Assembly: GCA_030586155.1 (NCBI GenBank)
Contig: CP130741.1
Span: 396,680-428,679 of the forward strand
DNA length: 32,000 nt
Origin: Eubacteriaceae bacterium ES3
GTDB lineage: Bacteria > Bacillota > Clostridia > Eubacteriales > Eubacteriaceae
Reading direction: 5' to 3'
The notes under the pieces were generated by a model. It searched no databases. It was not told the origin of the DNA and saw only the letters and a list, made by a program, of their open reading frames with translations. How positions within the stretch are numbered: position 1 is the stretch's first letter; every line of letters starts with the position of its first letter. Positions 1-6,376 of the stretch are shown here, piece by piece. The position numbers and the translations under genes are program-made.

Positions 1-102
1 GCAGACGCATTGGGGTGAATCAATTAAAAACTTGACGATCTCCAATCGAACAGGATGGCCTAGCGCCTTAAAAATTTTTACGGATATATCATTTGCGTTC
101 AT
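1..102 (-). CDS. ArsR/SmtB-family metalloregulator; only the N-terminal 34 codons are present because the gene runs off the left edge
   Basis: Absent from the ORF track because there is no stop in the window. My minus-strand translation from the ATG at 102..100 is MNANDISVKIFKALGHPVRLEIVKFLIDSPQCVC. FKALGHPxRLxI is the typical ArsR/SmtB N-terminal helix signature. The CVC lies where As(III)-sensing ArsR proteins carry their metalloid-binding cysteines. A GAGG lies 5 nt upstream of the ATG. Confidence 0.6.
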   Translation of the reverse strand, partial: MNANDISVKIFKALGHPVRLEIVKFLIDSPQCVC

Positions 103-146
103 TATTGCCTCATTTCTTTCAGTGGATTTTGACCACTTGTATATAT

Positions 147-175
147 ATTATAAAAAAATTTCAGCAATTTGACAA
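147..175 (-). promoter_or_regulatory. Sigma-70-like promoter for the ArsR-family gene, with a downstream 5-bp inverted repeat
   Basis: On the minus strand, TTGTCA (175..170) is followed by a 17-nt spacer and TATAAT (152..147). The inverted repeat AGTGG-N7-CCACT at 121..137 lies between the -10 and the start codon and is a possible autoregulatory operator. Confidence 0.5.
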
Positions 176-202
176 TGCCGATTAATCAGCTTTTAGAAAC
201 AG

Positions 203-475
203 TTAAAGTTTGATGCCCTTCAGCTGCGATTCGAAAGAAAAATCTAATGCAGCTGACATAAAGGCATTAAAATCTTCGAAAGATGTAGTGTTTTGAACGT
301 GTTGGTCAAAGATTTCTGGTGGAATTGCATCAAAACTTTCCTGAGAATATACTTCTAAGTCACAAGCGCTAAAAAAATTATCGAGGTTTTTGAAATTTGT
401 TTTGGCTTGCATAAAAGCTGGGCATAAATAAAACTTTATAGCTGAGTAATCACGATTTTTAATTTGGGCTGACAT
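203..475 (-). CDS. Hypothetical small acidic protein (90 aa), family not recognised
   Basis: The ORF has GGAG 8 nt upstream of the ATG. That RBS overlaps the end of the preceding gene, which indicates an operon. I recognise no motif. Confidence 0.5.
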   Translation of the reverse strand: MSAQIKNRDYSAIKFYLCPAFMQAKTNFKNLDNFFSACDLEVYSQESFDAIPPEIFDQHVQNTTSFEDFNAFMSAALDFSFESQLKGIKL

Positions 476-486
476 GTTATATTCTC

Positions 487-1026
487 CTATTCTGTTTCAT
501 AACCCAGTAGTTGCAGGTGCGATTCCAGACTCAGATAATTTGGTGCAAAAGCCTCTTCTTTAATATGCGGGCAGTCGTTGAGATGCGCAGTTCCCAAAAT
601 AAGTTTTGAAGAAAAAGCCATGCAGGAAGGTTGTGAGCAGTCCCGGCATCCCCTTTTTTGTGGCAATAGTTTGTAAAGCTGGATGGCATTAGGACGTTCT
701 CGGGTTTCGTTATTAGGGGTTATGTTTTCCCTGTTCTCCCAAGTTTCATTAATTAAATCAAAAATATGGTCAATCATCTCATAACATTCAGATTCATTAG
801 TCAGCTGAGTGCAGGTTAAATCCTGATCATGAATATTAACAATATGACTTTCAATTTTATAGGTAAAAGTTTGGGCTGCAGGTATATAGAGTCCGGTTTT
901 TATAACGCTATTTAAATAAGGCATCACTTCTGGCACAGCATTACTCATTTTGGCCCGAAATTTAATCCGGCCACCGCCGGTTGTGCAGGGTTTGATATAG
1001 ACAAGATTGATGGATGACAGAATCAT
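487..1026 (-). CDS. Fe-S-binding protein with a C-terminal CFeSP/RnfB-type [4Fe-4S] domain
   Basis: The C-terminal GCRDCSQPSCMAFSSKLILGTAHLNDCP gives C-x2-C-x4-C-x16-CP. This is the spacing of the 'putative Fe-S cluster' domain at the N-termini of the corrinoid Fe-S protein large subunit and RnfB. The start overlaps the upstream gene's stop by 4 nt (ATGA). Confidence 0.6.
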   Translation of the reverse strand: MILSSINLVYIKPCTTGGGRIKFRAKMSNAVPEVMPYLNSVIKTGLYIPAAQTFTYKIESHIVNIHDQDLTCTQLTNESECYEMIDHIFDLINETWENRENITPNNETRERPNAIQLYKLLPQKRGCRDCSQPSCMAFSSKLILGTAHLNDCPHIKEEAFAPNYLSLESHLQLLGYETE

Positions 1027-2177
1027 TGTTTGTTCTCCTTTAAATACGTTTTAAGCCCTGTGACTAAAGCATTAATATCGTCGGATTCGTTAAAGTAGCC
1101 AATTCCGATACGGCAAGTTCCCCGGTTGACAGTGCCAATCAGTCGATGGGCGCTGGGAGCACAGTGAAGACCAGACCGAATCATAATCTGATATTTTTGA
1201 TCCAGATAATAAGCGACTTCTTCCGGTGCTTCTCCAGCAAGGTTGAAAGCAATAACGCCAACTGTTTTCGCTGGATCACGAGGGCCATAGATTTCGATGC
1301 CCGGAACTGTTTTTAATTGTTCAAGAGCATAATTCATAAGTGTAGATTCTTTGTTAGCGATAAGATCAAGACCGGTTTTTTGAATGAACGCAATGGCTTT
1401 TCCCAGACCGATTATTCCGCTAACATTCATGGTGCCGGCTTCAAGGTGGTTGGGGTAGTAATCGGGCTGATATTCATAGGCGGAGTCACCGCCGGTGCCT
1501 CCGGAAATCAATGGGTGGATATTGACATCGCAGTTGACAACCAGACCGCCAGTTCCCATTGGGCCAAGCAGACTTTTGTGACCGGTAAAGGCCAGAAGAT
1601 CAATGTTGTGTGCCTGAACATCAATTGGCAGGACACCAGCAGACTGAGCGGCATCCACTAGAAAAAGAAGACCATTTTCGTGTGCCAGTTGACCAATTTG
1701 TTCAATCGGCTGAATCGTCCCCAATACATTGGAAGCATGGGTAAAGACAATCATTTTGGTCTGTGGTGTTAGGGCGGTTCTCACGTCGGCAATACTGGTT
1801 TCCCCGCTTTGGTTAGCGGGGACTGAGGTGATTGAAATACCGCGATCCCTTTCCAGGGTTTTTAAACACCGCCAGACGGCATTATGTTCTAGTGAGCTGG
1901 TAACAACATGATCGCCATCTTGTAATATTCCCTGCAGGGCCAAGTTCAGGGATTCGGTAACAGATGAAGAAAAAACAACCGTTTTAGGATCGGGGTGGTT
2001 AAAAAGCTGAGCCAGCTGTTTTCTGGTTTGATAAACCAAACCGTCGGCAATAATAGCCTTTTCATAAGCCCCTCTCCCGGAAGTTCCACCGTTGTTGACC
2101 ATATAGTCATAAACCGATTCAGAAACACTCAAGGGTTTGGGAAAGGAAGTTGCGGCATTGTCAAGGTAAACGCTCAT
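1023..2177 (-). CDS. Class V aminotransferase, cysteine desulfurase / selenocysteine lyase family
   Basis: The 384-aa protein has a PLP-lysine context (AFTGHKSLLGPMGTGGL), a C-terminal active-site loop (RSGLHCAP) and an overall NifS/CsdA-like sequence (VYLDNAATSFP...). Confidence 0.85.
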   Translation of the reverse strand: MSVYLDNAATSFPKPLSVSESVYDYMVNNGGTSGRGAYEKAIIADGLVYQTRKQLAQLFNHPDPKTVVFSSSVTESLNLALQGILQDGDHVVTSSLEHNAVWRCLKTLERDRGISITSVPANQSGETSIADVRTALTPQTKMIVFTHASNVLGTIQPIEQIGQLAHENGLLFLVDAAQSAGVLPIDVQAHNIDLLAFTGHKSLLGPMGTGGLVVNCDVNIHPLISGGTGGDSAYEYQPDYYPNHLEAGTMNVSGIIGLGKAIAFIQKTGLDLIANKESTLMNYALEQLKTVPGIEIYGPRDPAKTVGVIAFNLAGEAPEEVAYYLDQKYQIMIRSGLHCAPSAHRLIGTVNRGTCRIGIGYFNESDDINALVTGLKTYLKENKQ

Positions 2178-2549
2178 TTTATTCTCCTTGTAATAAATTT
2201 AAGGATAGCAATTCATAATTAAATAATGATATGCTTACATATTATCATAGCCTGTTTTAAAAAGTGCGTCAATTGAATTAAGAGGTAGAATTTTGATTTC
2301 GTTGTCTATTATAAGCTAAATAATAACGTATAAAAGAGTTGAAATTTTGATGTTTAGAAAAATTGATTGATTATCGGATGGAAATATCTGATAATGGAAT
2401 TATCAAAAAAGGTTGAAGTTGGCAAAGCTATTCATGGTGTGCTGGGAAAACACCTGAAGATAAGTGCTATGCCATTACTAATGGACGAAAAAACAGTGGT
2501 CCTGTTAAGCCGACTAATAGGTGATTTTGTCTAGGTTCAATTCAGGAGA

Positions 2550-3602
2550 ATGGGAAAAATAATGAAAAAAACAATGCAAGAAACAATGGAACTGAAACGG
2601 GTGTATATCGAACTGACCAACCGTTGCAATCTGGATTGTCAGATGTGCTTCAGGCACAGTTGGGAAACTGTTGAAGGTGATATGGATTTTGAAATGCTTA
2701 AAAGGCTGAAAAAACAGATCGAAGAAATTGGAACAGTCAATGAAATTTTCTTTGGCGGAATTGGCGAGCCAACGATCTATCCCTATTTTAAAGAAGCGGT
2801 AGAATTATTTAAAGACTATCGTTTGCTGATAACCAGTAACGGAATTATGCCACAGGAAACAGCCAAAATTTTATGTGAAAATTTTGGTGCTGTATTTTTT
2901 TCGGCTGATCAGTATCATGAGGAAACTCAGGGACTTAAAGATCAGCTGATAAAGACTTTTGAATATTTTGCTGATTATCATCGAAGAACCCGCTCATCTA
3001 CCCCTAAAACGGGAATCGCCTATGTGTTGACAAAAAGTAATCATGAAGAGTTGTTTGAGATTCTGGAGGTAATGCGACATTACGGATTTCATCGACTCAA
3101 TCTTTCTCATTTGATGCCGCTTTCCCAAGAAGGAGAAGATGAGATATTTTATACCCGCTATGAAAATGTCGAGGGTAAAAAGTTCAGAGATAAAATGTAT
3201 ACCTATCGGGATATCAAAGTCAATATGCCTGATATGGAATTAAAAACCGAACGGCGATGTGATTTTATCGATAAAGGTTATATCTACATCGATGCAAGTG
3301 GTGAGGTAATTTCCTGCTATCGTTTAGCTAATACCTATGATGAAGTTGTTTTTGGTGAAAAGAAGCGGGTGATTAAACATTCCTTTGGCAATGTGAAAGA
3401 GACTCCGCTAAAAGAAATCATTGAAGGCAAAGACTATCAGGATTTTTGGCATACAATTTACAACAATCAGTATCCATCGTGTGTAGACTGCGATCTGCGT
3501 GGTGGTTGCAGTTTAGTGGAAGATACAAAATATGACTGCTATTTTAATACGCCATCCTGTTCTGATTGTCTTTGGGTCAGAAATTTTATTCGCTGTCCAT
3601 AG
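2550..3602 (+). CDS. Radical SAM protein with a C-terminal SPASM/twitch-like cysteine cluster
   Basis: CNLDCQMC provides the CxxxCxxC motif at C26/C30/C33, and GGIGEP follows downstream. The C-terminus is Cys-rich (CVDCDLRGGCS...CYFNTPSCSDC). The start is ambiguous because AGGAG at 2544-2548 abuts the ATG at 2550; the ATG at 2562 is an alternative. Confidence 0.8.
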   Translation: MGKIMKKTMQETMELKRVYIELTNRCNLDCQMCFRHSWETVEGDMDFEMLKRLKKQIEEIGTVNEIFFGGIGEPTIYPYFKEAVELFKDYRLLITSNGIMPQETAKILCENFGAVFFSADQYHEETQGLKDQLIKTFEYFADYHRRTRSSTPKTGIAYVLTKSNHEELFEILEVMRHYGFHRLNLSHLMPLSQEGEDEIFYTRYENVEGKKFRDKMYTYRDIKVNMPDMELKTERRCDFIDKGYIYIDASGEVISCYRLANTYDEVVFGEKKRVIKHSFGNVKETPLKEIIEGKDYQDFWHTIYNNQYPSCVDCDLRGGCSLVEDTKYDCYFNTPSCSDCLWVRNFIRCP

Positions 3603-3652
3603 AAGTTGAAGGGTCGATGAACCTTTATAAATGGAAAATATTAAATTTAGGA

Positions 3653-3681
3653 TTGACTCGGAGAAATTCCGGGTGTACAAT
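3653..3681 (+). promoter_or_regulatory. Sigma-70-like promoter in front of the HdrA-like/DGC operon
   Basis: TTGACT (3653-3658) is followed by a 17-nt spacer and TACAAT (3676-3681), about 40 nt upstream of the ATG at 3722. GAGG lies 8 nt before that ATG. Confidence 0.5.
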
Positions 3682-3721
3682 ATCCATAAGCAAATAATTA
3701 AATAATAAAGAGGTAAATGAT

Positions 3722-4093
3722 ATGAGTCAGGAATTGCCAGGATTTTTAATGTGTGTCTGTACTGGAAAGTGCCCAGGTTTTCAGGCTATGGATATATGGG
3801 ATTTTATCAATCAGGTGAGAGTAGAACTGCCAGTGGAGTATGCTTTCATCCATCCCCAGTTATGCGAAGAGGATGGCGATCGTTTTTTGGCGGATTTTTT
3901 AAAAAGCCACCGCAAGGTGATTATTGGAGCCTGTGCCCCAAATATGCAGAAAAAAATGTTCAAGGATGCTTTTAAAGAAGCCGGACTTGACGTGATGGAA
4001 GATGCAGTGATGTTGGATATTCGTGATATGACCAACGAAGAAGCTTTCGAGAAAGTAGAAGAAAAGCTCGAAGAGATGGGATATGAGGTGTAA
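3722..4093 (+). CDS. Stand-alone HdrA/QmoA-like cysteine-rich domain protein (123 aa)
   Basis: CVCTGKC...IHPQLCEEDG...VIIGACAPNMQKKMFKDAFKEAGLD...MLDIRD parallels the HdrA segment I recall as xCxCGxNI...CS..G...VVVAACSPRTHEPLF....AGLN...ANIREQ. No FAD or Rossmann part is present. Confidence 0.5.
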   Translation: MSQELPGFLMCVCTGKCPGFQAMDIWDFINQVRVELPVEYAFIHPQLCEEDGDRFLADFLKSHRKVIIGACAPNMQKKMFKDAFKEAGLDVMEDAVMLDIRDMTNEEAFEKVEEKLEEMGYEV

Positions 4094-4095
4094 CC

Positions 4096-4404
4096 ATGAG
4101 TGAATCAACCTTTATGGGTGTGGACCGGGAGAAAATTGACTGGTGTCCAACCATTGATTATGATAAATGCAACGATTGTATGGATTGTGTAGAGTTTTGC
4201 CCACATAAGGTTTTTGAGGTGAGAGAAAATGAAACGCCAAAACTAATTGTCAAAAATCCTAAGAACTGTGTGGTTTTTTGTCGTGCCTGTTCTAAAACGT
4301 GTGGATTGGATGCGTTGTCATTCCCTGATAAAAATGAGACAACAAGAAAAATCAAGGCAACTCGTAAAGCGGAAAAGGCAGCTAAGAAAGAGGCGGAAGA
4401 ATGA
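4096..4404 (+). CDS. 4Fe-4S dicluster ferredoxin-domain protein with a Lys/Glu-rich tail
   Basis: It has CNDCMDCVEFCP (CxxCxxCxxxCP) and a second, atypically spaced motif, CVVFCRACSKTC (C-x3-C-x2-C-x3-C). The start lies 2 nt after the upstream stop. Confidence 0.8.
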   Translation: MSESTFMGVDREKIDWCPTIDYDKCNDCMDCVEFCPHKVFEVRENETPKLIVKNPKNCVVFCRACSKTCGLDALSFPDKNETTRKIKATRKAEKAAKKEAEE

Positions 4405-5237
4405 AATGTATACTGCCTTGCAACGGACTTGATAAATGTGCCGGATTGGTTTCTGCCCAGACTGCTATCGAACTGAGTAAACAGGAAGGTTGGGAGCTGG
4501 TTTGTCCGGTACTCCTAAATCAGAATAAAAGCCCTTATGAAAAGGTGCTTTCCCAGGGGGAGCTGGTAGTGCTTGATGGGTGTAATACCCGGTGTGCCAG
4601 CAAATTGGTGCAAAGCCTGGATTTAAAGTTTAAAGATAAGCTGAATGTCAGCGAGGTGGCCAAGTCTCTTGATGTGAAGCTGGGCAAGGAATTGGCTGTA
4701 AATGATTCAACCAGGGAAGTTCAAAAGGCCTTGATTGAAAAACTGACTCAGGCTGAGGATAAAAAGGAAACTACGAGCTTTGAAATGGGCTCTATCGACT
4801 ATGATTCCTTCATGGAAGGCAAGTTTGTTTTCAAAGTGCCTAAAGAAGGCTTTCATTTTAATGAAAATGACTGCTGGATTTATGTATCGGGAAAGACAGC
4901 CAGAATTGGTGTTAGCGATTATGTTCAGCAGAATCTTTCAGATATTCTCTATGTGGATTCGCCAGAAATTGGAGATGAAGTTGAGCAGTTTGATGATTGC
5001 GGCAGTATCGAATCGGGCAAGGCGGTTTTTGAGATCATTTCACCGGTATCCGGAACAGTAATCGCGGTAAATGAGGAACTCCAGGATTCACCTGAATTGA
5101 TCAATGAAGCTCCTTACGAAAAGGGCTGGTTGGTGGAACTTGAATTAACTGATGAACTTCAGGATGATTTGGAGATTCTCCATGATGGACCATCCTATTT
5201 TGAATATCTGAAAAAGAAGGTGGCAGAAGATGTCTAA
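4401..5237 (+). CDS. Fusion protein: N-terminal DGC (putative Zn/4-Cys) domain and C-terminal glycine-cleavage H-protein-like lipoyl-carrier domain
   Basis: The N-terminus has ILPCNG...VCPVLL...VVLDGCNTRCA, the four-Cys DGC pattern. The C-terminal IGVSDYVQQNLSDILYVDSPEIGDEVEQFDDCGSIESGKAVFEIISPVSGTVIAVNEELQDSPELINEAPYEKGW aligns by eye with E. coli GcvH (VGITEHAQ...[34 protein letters not shown].GGW). The lipoyl-Lys position is retained at K207, codon 5019-5021. The start overlaps the upstream stop (ATGA). Confidence 0.75.
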   Translation: MKCILPCNGLDKCAGLVSAQTAIELSKQEGWELVCPVLLNQNKSPYEKVLSQGELVVLDGCNTRCASKLVQSLDLKFKDKLNVSEVAKSLDVKLGKELAVNDSTREVQKALIEKLTQAEDKKETTSFEMGSIDYDSFMEGKFVFKVPKEGFHFNENDCWIYVSGKTARIGVSDYVQQNLSDILYVDSPEIGDEVEQFDDCGSIESGKAVFEIISPVSGTVIAVNEELQDSPELINEAPYEKGWLVELELTDELQDDLEILHDGPSYFEYLKKKVAEDV

Positions 5238-5628
5238 AATTAAAGTATTGCCCTGCTCTGGGATTGGAAAAGTTCTGGGGCTTTTGGCGCGTGAATCGGT
5301 GTTGCTGGTCACTCAGGACAAATGCCCAGAAGAAACAGAGACCCTGTGTCTGGCCCAGCTTGTGACTGGTGATGATGAAGTACTCAAGCGGATAAATGGT
5401 GAAACTTGTATTACCATGGATGGCTGTCCCAAGAAATGTGCTTTAAAAAGTGTCGAAGCAGCCGGTGGTAATGTGGCCAAAAGTTTTAAGGTAGCTGATT
5501 ATATGAAGGCACATCGGGGTGAAGATCATGGCACGGCTACGGCTTTGACTGCTGACGGCTGGAATTATGCCGAAGAGCTGGCTGACAAAATGGCTGAGAT
5601 GGTTGAACAGCTTAGGGGGGAGATCTGA
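5230..5628 (+). CDS. DGC-domain (putative zinc-binding, 4-Cys) protein
   Basis: VLPCSGIGK...LCLAQL...ITMDGCPKKCA gives the pattern CSG / C-L / DGC / xxxC-A. The gene overlaps the upstream gene by 8 nt. Confidence 0.7.
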   Translation: MSKIKVLPCSGIGKVLGLLARESVLLVTQDKCPEETETLCLAQLVTGDDEVLKRINGETCITMDGCPKKCALKSVEAAGGNVAKSFKVADYMKAHRGEDHGTATALTADGWNYAEELADKMAEMVEQLRGEI

Positions 5629-6023
5629 TGAGTGAAAAAAAAATCGGTGTTGTTGCCTGCAGCGGTGAAGAATGTCTGGGAGGAACTATTTCGCGATTGG
5701 CAGTAAGAAAAATTATGGAAGAAGATCGCCCGGGGACGACCACGACTTTGTGTCTGCCTCTTTTTATTGCTGGTGATGGCGGTGAACGGGAGTTTGCCAA
5801 GAACTATCCGACTATAGCAGTTGATGGCTGCTCAAAATGCTGTGCCAAGCGATCTATTGAAAAATTCAGTAGTCAAGTGGCAGGTAGCGTAGACATTGAA
5901 AAGATCTTCGGGATTGAAAAGGCTTTGGCGAAACCTTTATCAACTAGAAATGTGACCAAAGCGCACCGGGAAATGGTAGATGAAGTTAGTATTGAAATTT
6001 TAAAGATTTATGATGAACTTTAA
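5628..6023 (+). CDS. DGC-domain (putative zinc-binding, 4-Cys) protein, third paralog
   Basis: VVACSGEEC...LCLPLFIAGD...IAVDGCSKCCAKRS matches the DGC pattern. The start overlaps the upstream stop by 1 nt (TGATG). Confidence 0.7.
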   Translation: MSEKKIGVVACSGEECLGGTISRLAVRKIMEEDRPGTTTTLCLPLFIAGDGGEREFAKNYPTIAVDGCSKCCAKRSIEKFSSQVAGSVDIEKIFGIEKALAKPLSTRNVTKAHREMVDEVSIEILKIYDEL

Positions 6024-6169
6024 ACCCTATTTAGACTATGTCTAAAATTGATAGTCGATTTAGATAATTTGTATCTTATAAGAGTTGTGAAGAGCAAATC
6101 TGGGACTTGTAATTTATTAACATAAGTTAAGTAAAAAATATTTACTGATAACTAGAAAAGAGGAATAGA

Positions 6170-6376
6170 ATGGCTAAAAACTGGTATCCAATGATTAATG
6201 AAGAAAATTGTGTGGAATGTGGATCTTGTGTGGAAAAGTGTACCCATGGCGTTTATGATAAATCCAGTCAGAAACCTATTGTAATTTATACGGATGGCTG
6301 CGTTGATGGTTGTCACGGATGTGGAAATCTTTGTCCGGCAGAGGCAATACAGTATTTTGGAGATACAAACATATAA
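6170..6376 (+). CDS. Small 2x[4Fe-4S] ferredoxin (68 aa)
   Basis: It has CVECGSCVEKC and CVDGCHGCGNLCP. AGAGGA lies 7 nt upstream of the start. Its stop directly abuts the MFS gene's ATG (TAAATG). Confidence 0.8.
   Translation: MAKNWYPMINEENCVECGSCVEKCTHGVYDKSSQKPIVIYTDGCVDGCHGCGNLCPAEAIQYFGDTNI

Noticed and set aside
1317-2222. Antisense or nested ORFs in the track. Examples are 1317-1661+, 1729-1911+, 1995-2222+, 3751-4154 (various), 4158-4432, 4780-5061, 5612-5800-, 7051-7403, 7453-7695-, 7811-8017, 8920-9174, 9645-9869-, 10481-10773, 11205-11662, 11759-12608 (various), 12704-13390 (various), 13819-14040-, 15062-15247-, 16137-16343-, 16981-17742-, 19340-19549-, 19805-20020-, 20296-20493-, 21585-21829-, 22229-22467, 23235-23837-, 24599-24817-, 27152-27364-, 28364-28573-, 29784-30350, 30696-30996 and 31754-31993-.
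   Set aside because: Each lies inside or opposite a longer ORF that has clear family motifs. Their translations are low-complexity or motif-free, and none has a convincing RBS.
2415-2549. A possible riboswitch or structured leader upstream of the rSAM/SPASM gene. The region has nested pairings TGGCA...TGCCA, AGC/GCT and GGTGT/ACACC, and a CCGACTAAT segment that vaguely recalls purine riboswitches.
   Set aside because: I could not match it to any riboswitch consensus I know (cobalamin, SAM, purine, c-di-GMP, Moco, NiCo, fluoride). The short stems are expected by chance. A cmscan against Rfam would be needed.
3617-3697. A 26-codon ORF (MNLYKWKILNLGLTRRNSGCTISISK) directly downstream of the rSAM/SPASM gene, considered as a possible RiPP precursor.
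   Set aside because: It has only a weak RBS (GAAGGG, 3 nt from the ATG) and a single Cys. Its body is occupied by a well-formed TTGACT-17-TACAAT promoter for the next operon. It cannot be supported without conservation data.
6029-6048. The recurrent GTCTAAA/TTTAGAC motif, considered as a shared ArsR operator. It includes the palindrome TTTAGAC-TAT-GTCTAAA at this position, with related words near 9197, 12647 and 22793.
   Set aside because: Only the 6030-6046 and 22793-22807 copies are palindromic, and their arm and spacer geometry differs. The other copies are single AT-rich heptamers that occur easily by chance in AT-rich intergenic DNA.
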